From the NCBI GenBank assembly GCA_964497235.1, contig CAZCCJ010000007.1, forward strand, positions 16,503 through 80,502: a DNA stretch of 64,000 nt. Direction: 5' to 3'. The translations under genes and the position numbers were made by a program. Source of the stretch: an uncultured Staphylococcaceae bacterium. Lineage in GTDB: Bacteria; Bacillota_I; Bacilli_A; RFN20; CAG-826. Shown here piece by piece: positions 36,781-45,989 of this stretch. The notes under the pieces were generated by a model, which saw only the letters and a program-made list of their open reading frames with translations, was not told the DNA's origin and did not search any database. Numbering within the stretch: the first letter of the stretch is position 1; each line of letters opens with the position of its first letter.

Positions 36781-39700
36781 TTATCAAAAAGCTGCCATAG
36801 ATTCCAGAAAGGGCAACTATCTCGTGAGCGCCGGCGCCGGAAGCGGAAAGACCGCCGTTTTGACCGAGCGCATAAAGCAAATAGTGCTCGACGGCGAAAA
36901 AGAGAAAGCGAAAGGGACTCCCGAAAAAGAAAGAGTGGGGGCCTCTGTCGATGAGCTATTGGTCCTCACCTTCACCAATAAAGCGGCCGCCGAGATGAAG
37001 TCCCGTATCCGTACCTCTTTGCTAAAGGCCTATCAAAATGGCGAACTAAAAAACGACGTCTCTTCCTTGGTCGAATCAAGTGACATCACGACCTTCGATT
37101 CCTATTTCTATAGCCTCGTCAAGAAATATCATTACGAGCTTGGGATAGATGAGGATATGGAGATCGCCGATTCGGTTTTCTTCACTTTGAAGCAAAAACA
37201 GATAATCGACGAGATCTTCTTGTCTCATTATGAGAAAAAAGACAAGAGCTTCTTGGATTTGTTCCCCGTTTTTGGCTGCATCAAAGACGACACCAATATC
37301 TCTGATATGGTCGAGAACGTGTTATCCGTCGCTTCCCAAACGGTGGATCCCATAGCCTTCATGAGGTCCTTATCGACCGATTTCCTCACCGATGAGTATT
37401 TCGAGAAGAGAGGGAGAGAATGGGACGATTGCTTGGAGAAGAAAATCCAATTCATAGAGAAGAACGCCGAAAAGAAAATCGAAAGCAAGGAAGTGTCCGA
37501 TTATCTCCTCACCCATACGGCTGCGTTAAGAGACATCGTTCGCAGAGGATGCTCTCAATCGGAGGCTTCCGAATACAAGGCTTCGATGAATAGAGATTTC
37601 CATTTCCGCCCCGAAAGCGCAGAAGAAAGCAAAAGCAACAAAAAATACCCCATCGTCTCGGATTTCGATTTCCACGCCGGAAGCGAACTCAAAGATAAAA
37701 TCAAAGAAATACTCGGCACCATCATAGAGACTGCGCCATTCGAGGTGGCGAAAGGGGCGCAAAAGGGGCTCAAAGCCAATATAGAAACCATCTCCTCACT
37801 AGCCATCGAAGTCTATGAGGCTTTGAATAAGTTCAAAAAGGAAAACAACGTCTACGATTTCGCCGATATCGCCGCCATGGCCAGGGAAATACTCGATGAT
37901 CCGGCGATTCGTCAATCGATCGCGAGCTCATATAAATACGTCATGGTCGACGAATATCAGGATACTTCGGACCTTCAGGAGGATTTTCTCCTCAAAGTGA
38001 CGAACGACAATCTCTTCGCCGTCGGCGACATCAAGCAATCGATTTACCGTTTCAGAAACGCCAATCCCAAGATCTTCGGCGAGAAGTTCGATGCCTATAA
38101 CGCGAAGAAGGGCGGGAACTTAATAACGCTCAACTCCAATTTCCGTAGCAGTAAAAACGTAATCGACGACATGAATTCATTCTTCGGCGAGACGATGTCG
38201 CTTGAAACGGGCGGCATCGAGTACGACGAGAACCAAAAGATGATTTTCGGAAACGCCGATCTATATGGGGCTTCGACGAAAGATGAGTATGCGACTCAGA
38301 AGATCGTTTACGAAAAGAAGAAAACCGCTTCGGAGAATATCGAAGAGGAAGCGAGGCTCGTTGCCTTGGATATCCTTTCGAAGGTCGGCAAATATCAGGT
38401 CTTCGATGGCGAGACGAGGAAATTGAGGCCGGCCAGATTCGAAGATTTCGTCATCCTCTCAAGAGGAAAGAAGTGCTTTCAAACGTTCGTTAGGGTCTTC
38501 TCCGATTACAAAATCCCTCTTTTGACGTCCGATAAGATAGACTTATCCGGCAAAGACGTCTCTTTGCTTTTCAAGAGGTTCTTACGGCTTTCGCTTGCCA
38601 TCGAGCACGATGAGAAAGAGGAGATGAAGCACTCCTATGCGTCGATAATGAGGAGCTATCTATACCGCAAGAAGGATTCCGAAATCGTTAGTAGACTCGA
38701 GGATGGTTCCTATTCGGATAGCGATTTCTTCCTTTCTTTTAAGAAGCTCAATAAAGAACTATGCAAAATGCCGCCTTCCGAAGCGGTAGAGAAGCTTCTT
38801 TCCGTCTATCCCTTCTTCGATAAGCTTCCGACGATAGGGCACCTCGTCGACAATTATGAGAATATATCCTTTTTCCGCAAGACCGCGAAAACCTGCGAAA
38901 GGCTCAAGATGGATTACGAGCAATTCTGCTCTTTCTTCGTCGATATCGAAAAGAACGATATCTCGCCGTCGCTAGACGCTCCAGCCGAAAGCAAAGGGGC
39001 CGCCCGCATCATGACCATCCACGCTTCGAAGGGATTGGAATTCCCGCTTGTCTATATCGTTTCGAATGACACGGAATTCAATGGCAAGGTTCCGAATATC
39101 TCAAAGAACTATGGCGTTTTGCTTGACTTCGCCGATACGTCAATAGGCGAGAATCCATTGATAGCCCTCATGAAAAACGAGGAGATGAAAGAAAACACGG
39201 ATGAGGAAATCAGGATCCTTTACGTCGCTTTCACGAGGGCCAAGCAAAAACTGATAATCGTCAAATCCGAAGGAAAGAAGGCCGAATTCTATCCGATGGT
39301 GTCTTCATACCTTGCCTTCGAAGAAAAGAAGAAGGAAGGGGAGAATGTGCCTACGTGGACGCTCAAAACGCTCAATTCCTATAGCGGTTTCTATAATCTC
39401 TCCGAAACCTTCGCCAAATTCGGGAAGCTCGACGTTAAAGTGATCGAAGATAATCCTGATGAGCCGAAGACGAAAGACGCTTCTGAGCCCGATGCCAAAG
39501 ACGCTCCGGAATTGAGGTCGATTTGCTATGAACCCGAGAGAATAATCAAAGCCCGCGCATCGAAAAACGAAGCCATGAAACTCGAGGATTACGCGAAAGT
39601 GGCGTACGGCTTAAGGATGCACCGAATCCTCGAATGCGTCTCCTTCATAAAAAAAGATCTGTCCTTCTTGCCTGAAGGATATGAAAAACGAAAAATCTCC

Positions 39701-39982
39701 GCAATTCTCGCCCATCCTTTCTGGAATGACATGGATAACGCCAAGGAATTCCACGAATATTCGTTCTATGACGAAACACAGGGCATCCATGGCTCGATCG
39801 ATTTGCTCATCGTCAAAGACGACGTTTGCGACATCGTCGATTTCAAGAGCCACAAAGTCGACGATCCGGCGTATAGGAAGCAACTAGGGGCGTATAAGGC
39901 CTATGTCGAGAAGACATTCGGGAAGAAGGCTCGCACCTATCTTCTTTCGATAGCGGATGCCTCCATCGTAGAGTTAGAATAG
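36767..39982 (+). CDS. addA: helicase-nuclease complex subunit A (AddA/RexA, UvrD-type)
   Basis: YLVSAGAGSGKT, LVLTFTNKAAAEM, VMVDEYQDTS, GDIKQSIYRFR, MTIHASKGLEFP and VAFTRAK. C-terminal nuclease HGSIDLL..DIVDFKS. The start is at MAWTNYQ. Confidence 0.92.
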   Translation: MAWTNYQKAAIDSRKGNYLVSAGAGSGKTAVLTERIKQIVLDGEKEKAKGTPEKERVGASVDELLVLTFTNKAAAEMKSRIRTSLLKAYQNGELKNDVSSLVESSDITTFDSYFYSLVKKYHYELGIDEDMEIADSVFFTLKQKQIIDEIFLSHYEKKDKSFLDLFPVFGCIKDDTNISDMVENVLSVASQTVDPIAFMRSLSTDFLTDEYFEKRGREWDDCLEKKIQFIEKNAEKKIESKEVSDYLLTHTAALRDIVRRGCSQSEASEYKASMNRDFHFRPESAEESKSNKKYPIVSDFDFHAGSELKDKIKEILGTIIETAPFEVAKGAQKGLKANIETISSLAIEVYEALNKFKKENNVYDFADIAAMAREILDDPAIRQSIASSYKYVMVDEYQDTSDLQEDFLLKVTNDNLFAVGDIKQSIYRFRNANPKIFGEKFDAYNAKKGGNLITLNSNFRSSKNVIDDMNSFFGETMSLETGGIEYDENQKMIFGNADLYGASTKDEYATQKIVYEKKKTASENIEEEARLVALDILSKVGKYQVFDGETRKLRPARFEDFVILSRGKKCFQTFVRVFSDYKIPLLTSDKIDLSGKDVSLLFKRFLRLSLAIEHDEKEEMKHSYASIMRSYLYRKKDSEIVSRLEDGSYSDSDFFLSFKKLNKELCKMPPSEAVEKLLSVYPFFDKLPTIGHLVDNYENISFFRKTAKTCERLKMDYEQFCSFFVDIEKNDISPSLDAPAESKGAARIMTIHASKGLEFPLVYIVSNDTEFNGKVPNISKNYGVLLDFADTSIGENPLIALMKNEEMKENTDEEIRILYVAFTRAKQKLIIVKSEGKKAEFYPMVSSYLAFEEKKKEGENVPTWTLKTLNSYSGFYNLSETFAKFGKLDVKVIEDNPDEPKTKDASEPDAKDAPELRSICYEPERIIKARASKNEAMKLEDYAKVAYGLRMHRILECVSFIKKDLSFLPEGYEKRKISAILAHPFWNDMDNAKEFHEYSFYDETQGIHGSIDLLIVKDDVCDIVDFKSHKVDDPAYRKQLGAYKAYVEKTFGKKARTYLLSIADASIVELE
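39975..39980 (+). promoter_or_regulatory. -10-like box TAGAAT overlapping the addA stop, 6 nt from ATG 39987
   Basis: gttagaatagcgatATG, no SD. Confidence 0.35.
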
Positions 39983-39986
39983 CGAT

Positions 39987-41117
39987 ATGGAAAACCGGAT
40001 GAGCAAAGAGGATTTTGAAAAGCTACTCGATGCGGTGAATTGCCCGAAGAACATCGACCGCGATTTCATCTACGATTGCTTTTCCGACGCCCTCGAAAGC
40101 GCATCCTCTCTCCAAGAAGAGTCCTCGCTTCTAAGCAAAATACCCCTCAATCCCGTCCAATTGGCCCTTTATCTGCTTAATGAGCACGTCTTTTTCCTAA
40201 AGACCCATGCCGATAAGAAAGAGGAAGAAATAATCAAGGATCAGGGATATGAGACCCTTTTGCTGTCTTTGTCTTTGGACAAATATTACACGAATGAGAG
40301 ATTGGCCCATAAAAACAAGAACTTTGCCAATCGCTTCACGCCAGAAATCAGCACCATAACCCTATACATCAATTTCGTCTTGGGGATGCTCTCCCGCTAT
40401 GAGCAAGGCGATCCGAGCAAAACCCTCATCGTCGATATCCTCCGCAAAGGCTTCTCGATGGCGCAATGCATCGTCACATTGCTCACAAACGGCTTTGAGA
40501 CCGAGGCTTTTAGCACCTGGAGGACGCTCCATGAGAATGAATGCATGCTGCAAGTCTTGCTTCGCTATGGCAAGCCCGTCATCGAGGCCTATTTGAAGCA
40601 TCTTCGCTATGCCATCGCTTTCCGCGGCGGGATCTCTAGCAAAGAGGAGACCGACAAAATCTTCGAGGAGATAAAGGAAGGGATGCGGAGTAATGACCTT
40701 AAGAGCAAGGACATGAAGCGCTACATCGAATATGGCTGGTTGCTTTCCATAGACGACGTAAAGAACGGGAAAATCGATGAATTCAAGCTCAATTTCCGAG
40801 ACGGCGTCGAGAGGGTGGCCGGGCTACGCCGCTACGCGAAAGCCTATGAGATGTCGAGCGAAATCGCCCATAGCTCCCCATTGCTCATCTATTCCCGCAA
40901 GAATTATTTCTATTACGTCACGATAATGAACCTATATGAGTCTTTCTTCCGATTGGAAAAAATCTTTGGTAGCGTCTATCTAAGCTCGGTGACGGAGGAA
41001 GAGAAAAAACGCTACGAATCGCTTCGGAAGCTTTATTTCGGCGAGCTTCTCTCTTGCTACGCTTATGAGCAGAAGTGCTTCGCTTCCCTAAACGAAAAGA
41101 AAAAAGCGGAAGCATAA
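39987..41117 (+). CDS. hypothetical all-helical protein (possibly DUF5677-like)
   Basis: 376-aa ORF. FSTWRTLHENECMLQVLL and SSEIAHSS resemble DUF5677-type motifs from memory only. Confidence 0.5.
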   Translation: MENRMSKEDFEKLLDAVNCPKNIDRDFIYDCFSDALESASSLQEESSLLSKIPLNPVQLALYLLNEHVFFLKTHADKKEEEIIKDQGYETLLLSLSLDKYYTNERLAHKNKNFANRFTPEISTITLYINFVLGMLSRYEQGDPSKTLIVDILRKGFSMAQCIVTLLTNGFETEAFSTWRTLHENECMLQVLLRYGKPVIEAYLKHLRYAIAFRGGISSKEETDKIFEEIKEGMRSNDLKSKDMKRYIEYGWLLSIDDVKNGKIDEFKLNFRDGVERVAGLRRYAKAYEMSSEIAHSSPLLIYSRKNYFYYVTIMNLYESFFRLEKIFGSVYLSSVTEEEKKRYESLRKLYFGELLSCYAYEQKCFASLNEKKKAEA

Positions 41118-41122
41118 TAAAT

Positions 41123-41151
41123 TCATTTTGAAAGTTTTGTCATTTCAATGA
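41123..41151. terminator. imperfect hairpin between convergent genes
   Basis: tcatt(tt)gaaa - 9-nt loop - tttcaatga, with only a weak U-tract on either strand. Confidence 0.3.
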
Positions 41152-41180
41152 GATAGCACGGTTTTAAGCGGGAGAAATTC

Positions 41181-42293
41181 CTAGTCCGTCGTTTTTAAAA
41201 CGTTTTTAATCGTTTTGATCGTTTCTTCGCATTTTTTTCTCGATAGGTTGAAGTCGCGTCCGATTTGTAGCAGGTCCGCTTCAGTCGGTTTTCCATTCAT
41301 GTTCACCGTCATTTCGCGCTCAGCTTTGTTTGGCTGGCTCGTGATGTCGTAGGCTGGCGAAAGCCTATACCCTTTTAGCTCTTCGTCATATATGAAAGAA
41401 AAGTTTTTCCCATGGTCGTCTTTGTTTTTATAGAAAACATTGAAGCACATCCGTCTAAAGGCCTCGTAAAGGTCTTCTTCTCTCTTAATGCTTATCCTAT
41501 ATATGACTTGAAAGAGGTGGCCGTAATCGAGATTGGGCAGTCGATGCGTCGTTTCTAGCAATGCGGAGAGCGATATCATGTGCACTTTGTTCCCGTTTTT
41601 TCTGTCAAATCTTTTGGACGCGAAGAAACCATCGCAGATTTTAGAATCGAACAATTTGAATTCGTTGACGTTTATTCCGCATTTTTTCGCAAGTTCATTC
41701 GCTTTAAACTCCCTTGTGCCGATGTTTTTCGGATCGAAGGAGCAGGGGAACTTGACAATCCATTCGAAGCCTTCGCGAATTATATGCGCCTTTGGCCTCG
41801 CGCCTCCGCTTGAGCCTCCGAGATTGTACACGAGATCCAAATCGACGCCCTTCGCATCATCATTCAAAAGCGCTTCCGCTTCTTTGGCAACGACATCTAA
41901 ATCCAAGCGATCGTCATTAGCGGTCATAAAGCCTTTGTTTGGCTCGTACTCCAATGCTCCTAGACCGTTTTTGTTTGTTATTGATAGCTTTTGCAAAGGT
42001 GAAAGCTTATCGAAATCGATTCCGTGTTTTGCTAACATTCGGCGGACAAGAAGCTCGCTCCAGCCATCTGGCAGCGAATCCCAAAACACGCCATATAAAC
42101 CATTTAAAATAGGTTTATTGCTTATGTATTTTTTATTCGATAAAGGCAAGGAAAGGGGGGAAACAGAAAATCCGTTTCTTATCCATTCTTCATCATATTG
42201 AAAGATAATGCTCCCGTTTTTAAGCTCGGCTAAATATCCGACGGTTTTGCAGTGATATTTGACATTCAATTTTCTCGTTTCTTCGAATTCCAT
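41181..42293 (-). CDS. hipA: HipA-family serine/threonine kinase toxin (short form)
   Basis: GGSSGGARPKAH (P-loop-like), NKDDHGKNFSFIY (catalytic loop) and LSPAYDITS. Confidence 0.88.
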   Translation of the reverse strand: MEFEETRKLNVKYHCKTVGYLAELKNGSIIFQYDEEWIRNGFSVSPLSLPLSNKKYISNKPILNGLYGVFWDSLPDGWSELLVRRMLAKHGIDFDKLSPLQKLSITNKNGLGALEYEPNKGFMTANDDRLDLDVVAKEAEALLNDDAKGVDLDLVYNLGGSSGGARPKAHIIREGFEWIVKFPCSFDPKNIGTREFKANELAKKCGINVNEFKLFDSKICDGFFASKRFDRKNGNKVHMISLSALLETTHRLPNLDYGHLFQVIYRISIKREEDLYEAFRRMCFNVFYKNKDDHGKNFSFIYDEELKGYRLSPAYDITSQPNKAEREMTVNMNGKPTEADLLQIGRDFNLSRKKCEETIKTIKNVLKTTD

Positions 42294-42294
42294 A

Positions 42295-42579
42295 CTAATA
42301 ATCCTTTAAATCGCCGATGATTTCGTTGCTGAAAAGAGTTTCGAAATCGGCCAATGCGTCTAGCGCATCAGCGATTCTCAAAAGGGAGCGCAAAGAGATC
42401 TCCCCAGTTCTCTCGAATCTTCTTATCGAGGCATAGCTCACGCCCGATTTAAGCGAAAGCCCTTTTTGGGTGAGTTTCGCCTCCTTACGTCTTTCTTTGA
42501 TCCTCTTCGTGAGATTGCTTAGTACTTTTTGCTCCGTCAGAACTGGGACGAAATCGCTTAAATCATACTTGTTTTTCAT
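42295..42579 (-). CDS. hipB: XRE-family HTH antitoxin (HipB-like)
   Basis: KEAKLTQKGLSLKSGVSYASIRRFERTGEISLRSLLRIADAL, with a 1-nt gap to hipA. ATG 42579 is preferred because the -10 box abuts ATG 42588. Confidence 0.8.
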   Translation of the reverse strand: MKNKYDLSDFVPVLTEQKVLSNLTKRIKERRKEAKLTQKGLSLKSGVSYASIRRFERTGEISLRSLLRIADALDALADFETLFSNEIIGDLKDY

Positions 42580-42588
42580 AGTGCTCAT

Positions 42589-42618
42589 ATTTTAGCATTT
42601 TTTAATGCTTTTTGACAA
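42589..42618 (-). promoter_or_regulatory. hipBA promoter TTGTCA-18-TAAAAT with the inverted repeat AGCATT-N4-AATGCT as a candidate operator
   Basis: The -35 is the reverse complement of tgacaa (42613-42618) and the -10 is the reverse complement of atttta (42589-42594). A perfect 6-bp inverted repeat at 42594-42609 fills the spacer. Confidence 0.6.
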
Positions 42619-42695
42619 TAATCGCTAATATATTAATCATATTTTTTGGAATAGAAATGAATGTTGCGGCAGATTTTCGTCTTCCCCGAATCATC

Positions 42696-42730
42696 AAAAA
42701 AAGAACTTAGCGTGAATCCGCATCGTTCTT
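42696..42730 (-). terminator. rho-independent terminator after the uridine-kinase-like gene
   Basis: On the minus strand, aagaac...gcg-gattca-cgc...gttctt is followed by ttttttt. Confidence 0.6.
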
Positions 42731-42750
42731 TTGATTGTTTTATTGATCGC

Positions 42751-44403
42751 TTATACGTCGGCGTAGCAGCTTCCGCCGATGAATTCCCTCATCAAGGAGT
42801 TCGAAGGAACCCAATCGTCTGGGAGGTCAGAGAAGTATTTGAGCATCCTTAGTAGCCTTCCGGCGTCCGGATAATATGGCGAATCGTCTGGTATTGCCGC
42901 CAAAAGGGGATAGGCGTATTTCTTCATGACGGCGAGTTCGTATGGCAAGAAGCTGTTATATACGTAATCGCTTCCTTCTTGCGTCGGATAGATCCACTTG
43001 AATTCGCCAGCCCTGACTTTCGGCCACATGGAGAAGGTCTCTTCGGCTGGGCTCTTGCGGAATTTCTGATCGCGGACGATTCTTCTAAGGAGCCTCAAAT
43101 CGGTGAGGCTAAGCGGGTTATGGTCGTCGAGGTTGATCTGAGCCTGCGGGGAGATGAAGATCTTGAATTTGTCGCTCTTTGGGATGCTGTTGGTGAGTTG
43201 CTCATTTAAGGCGTGGATGCCTTCGATGATGATCGGCTGTTCCTTTCCGATCTTTATCTTTCTTCCTGGGACCCTATATCCGAGGGCGAAGTCAAAACGC
43301 GGAAGCTCGACCTCCTCCCCGGCGATCAAACTAAGCATATTCTGCTGGAAATATTCGATATCCAATGCGTCGATCGCCTCGAAATCCCTTTCGCCATCCT
43401 CTCCGACCGGAATCTCTTCCTTCGCCTTGTAATAGTCGTCGATGGAGATGCGAATCGGCTTGATGCCGCGAGAGAGGAGCTCGATTCTCAAACGGTTCGC
43501 GAACGTCGTTTTGCCAGAGCTTGAAGGCCCGGCGACGCAGATGAGCTTGATGTCTTGGATGTCGTCTTCGATTAGCTGCCCAAGCTCGCAAAGCTGTCGG
43601 TTATGCCTCGCTTCGCAGATGTTGATTAGCTCCGCTCCGCCAGTCGTTGCCAACTCCTTATTGATCAGGGCGACTGTGTTAATGCCGACGACTTTGGCCC
43701 AGTCGTGCGATTCCTTCAAAACGCGCCCGAAAGTCGGGGCATCCTCGAAATCCGGTATCTCGCCGCCGCACTCGCTTCTCGGGTATTGGACTAAGAAGCC
43801 TGGCGCATATAGGCGGATTTTGTATTTCTTGACGTAGCCGGTGCTTGGGACCAAGCGGCTATACATGTAATCCAAATAGCCTTCGCAGGAATAGAGGTGA
43901 ACCGTCTTCTCTGGGCGGTATTTAAGAATCTCGGTCTTATCTTCGAAGCCTCTTTCCGAATAGATCTTTCTCGCCTCGGCGTTTGGCACGACGATTCGCT
44001 TCATCGGATAATCGCCTTTGACGATTTCCTCGACTTCGTGGTTTATCTTAAGGAGCATCGCGGTGGTGGCGACGACGCCTTTATTGAGGATATGGATGGA
44101 AATGCAACGGCTCACGTTATATGCGAAGCGGATTTTAAGATTCGGATAGGCCTTCGAAAAGGCCATCGCCAAGACGTATCTGAGGGAGGCCTCGTATATC
44201 TTCATGGCCTCATGGTCATCGAAGGAAAGGAATTCGATGTCGGCGTCGTAATAGACCTCATATGTGAGCTCCCTGACACGGTTATTGACCTTGGCGCATA
44301 GGATGTTCTTTTCTTCCCTCTCTTTGTCGCTAAGCAACGAAAGCAAGGAAGTTTTTTTATCGAATTTCTTCTCTTCGCCATTGATTTTTAGAGTAAAAGA
44401 CAT
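42751..44403 (-). CDS. uridine kinase family protein with an N-terminal TGS/ThrRS-like extension
   Basis: P-loop VAGPSSSGKTTFANRL in the C-terminal half. The 550-aa architecture is known from Clostridia-type nucleoside kinases. SD AAGGAGG. Confidence 0.8.
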   Translation of the reverse strand: MSFTLKINGEEKKFDKKTSLLSLLSDKEREEKNILCAKVNNRVRELTYEVYYDADIEFLSFDDHEAMKIYEASLRYVLAMAFSKAYPNLKIRFAYNVSRCISIHILNKGVVATTAMLLKINHEVEEIVKGDYPMKRIVVPNAEARKIYSERGFEDKTEILKYRPEKTVHLYSCEGYLDYMYSRLVPSTGYVKKYKIRLYAPGFLVQYPRSECGGEIPDFEDAPTFGRVLKESHDWAKVVGINTVALINKELATTGGAELINICEARHNRQLCELGQLIEDDIQDIKLICVAGPSSSGKTTFANRLRIELLSRGIKPIRISIDDYYKAKEEIPVGEDGERDFEAIDALDIEYFQQNMLSLIAGEEVELPRFDFALGYRVPGRKIKIGKEQPIIIEGIHALNEQLTNSIPKSDKFKIFISPQAQINLDDHNPLSLTDLRLLRRIVRDQKFRKSPAEETFSMWPKVRAGEFKWIYPTQEGSDYVYNSFLPYELAVMKKYAYPLLAAIPDDSPYYPDAGRLLRMLKYFSDLPDDWVPSNSLMREFIGGSCYADV

Positions 44404-44596
44404 ACATGTTTCCTCCTTCGAACAAAGCCCATAATTCTACTTGAGAAAAGAAAAGAAACGCAAGTGGTAAAACGAAGAAAATGAAAGCGCTTTCAAAAAT
44501 GAAGCCGAAACCAAATCGAAAAACCGCGTTTCCATCGAAGGAAATTTGTTATCTGCAAAGAAAGAAGCGATTAAAGATAAAACCGCTTTCAGATTT

Positions 44597-44625
44597 TTGA
44601 CTTTTTCCTAAAAGGAAAGTAGAGT
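44597..44625 (+). promoter_or_regulatory. atp operon promoter TTGACT-17-TAGAGT, 10 nt from ATG 44636
   Basis: ttgact at 44597-44602 and tagagt at 44620-44625. Confidence 0.55.
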
Positions 44626-44635
44626 ATTTATTCGT

Positions 44636-45106
44636 ATGAGGGAAAAGATGCTCGCATGGTATATGAAACAAGATGAGAAGGGGAGAACCGTTTTTTGGCT
44701 TCTCGTCGTCTCCGTCTTCGTCTTCCTTTGCCTTTGCCCGTTGTTTTTCTTCTATGACGTCAAAGGCTATTCTTATCCCGTCGGCTGGTTGCTCGGCTCG
44801 CTAGTCGCCGTCTTCGCCTATATAAGCTTCGATTATCAAAGCAAAGCCATATCCCCGTCTTCGAATGCGAAATCCCCGCTGATCGCGATCCTTTTTATGG
44901 GCCTTCGCTTCATCGGCTATGCCGCCTCGTTAGTCGTTTCGGCGATTTGCACCTTCAAAAACGAGCTTTTCGCCGGGTTCTCCGCTTTCAATTTCTTCAC
45001 CACGATGGCGGCTTTGGTCGCCATGCCGTTCTTGCTTCTCGTCATCCGTCTTTGCTCAAAGGGCAAAAAGGATAAAACCACCGTCAAAGAGGACGATAAA
45101 CGATGA
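44636..45106 (+). CDS. atpI: ATP synthase protein I-like small membrane protein
   Basis: 156 aa with 4 TM segments, the first gene of the atp operon. ATGA overlap with atpB. Confidence 0.65.
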   Translation: MREKMLAWYMKQDEKGRTVFWLLVVSVFVFLCLCPLFFFYDVKGYSYPVGWLLGSLVAVFAYISFDYQSKAISPSSNAKSPLIAILFMGLRFIGYAASLVVSAICTFKNELFAGFSAFNFFTTMAALVAMPFLLLVIRLCSKGKKDKTTVKEDDKR

Positions 45107-45978
45107 TAATGACATTGGATGCGGCTTCTAGGGAACGGATGGCCTCGATGTTCGAGTGGAACGGGGCCGATAGTTTGGACGCCCCTTTATATAGCTCCTT
45201 GATCATCATGATCGTTTTGCTTTTAATTGGGGCGATTATCGGGATCAGAGCGACGGTGGCCTTAAAGAAAAAAGAATATCTCGAGCGCCCGAAAGGCATT
45301 CTTTTCTTGGCTGAGCTCTATTATGACATGTGCCATAATTTCACCGTTTCCAATATGGGTGAAAGCGGAGAGAAATACACCGGCTATTTCTGGACATTGT
45401 TTTCCTATTTATTCCTAGGCTTCACGTTCTCTTTGCTCGGCCTTCCGAGCGTCATCGATTGGCTCGCCGCCCCGTTATCTTTGGCGATAATCATGTTCGT
45501 CTTGATCCAAGCGGTGGCCATCAGATATCAGCATTTCGGCTATTTCCATCGCTATATCGAGCCGATTCCGGTCTTTTTGCCGATTAACCTCGTCACCATG
45601 TGGTCGCCGATCATCAGCACCACGATGCGTATGTTCGGCAATTGCTTGGCTGGCTCAGTCATCATCGGCCTCATCCAATGGGCGTTATCGAACGCCTCGA
45701 ACGCCATTTTCGGCGCCATTGGGGTGAGCGGTTTGATCGGAGCGGATCCCACTAGCTATTGGAACGTTTGGCCGAATTGGACCGGCGTCTTCTTGGCCCC
45801 GGTGCCGATCGGCGTCCTAAATCTATACTTCAGTCTCTTCTCTGGATTCGTCCAGACTCTCGTATTCGCAAGCCTCACCGCCCTATGGGTGGCTCAGGAA
45901 AGGCCCGAAGAAAAGAAAGAAGAGAAGAAGGAAGATGTCGTTATCACTAACGAGAATCTGGAACCAAATATCATATAG
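45103..45978 (+). CDS. atpB: F0F1 ATP synthase subunit a
   Basis: MRMFGNCLAGS (conserved Arg helix), polytopic topology, Lys/Glu-rich C-terminal extension. Confidence 0.9.
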   Translation: MIMTLDAASRERMASMFEWNGADSLDAPLYSSLIIMIVLLLIGAIIGIRATVALKKKEYLERPKGILFLAELYYDMCHNFTVSNMGESGEKYTGYFWTLFSYLFLGFTFSLLGLPSVIDWLAAPLSLAIIMFVLIQAVAIRYQHFGYFHRYIEPIPVFLPINLVTMWSPIISTTMRMFGNCLAGSVIIGLIQWALSNASNAIFGAIGVSGLIGADPTSYWNVWPNWTGVFLAPVPIGVLNLYFSLFSGFVQTLVFASLTALWVAQERPEEKKEEKKEDVVITNENLEPNII

Positions 45979-45989
45979 GAGGTAAAAAT

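Noticed and set aside
41533-42201. 222-aa plus-strand ORF
   Set aside because: It is antisense to hipA, which has unambiguous kinase motifs. The Ser/Leu-rich translation is typical of a shadow ORF.
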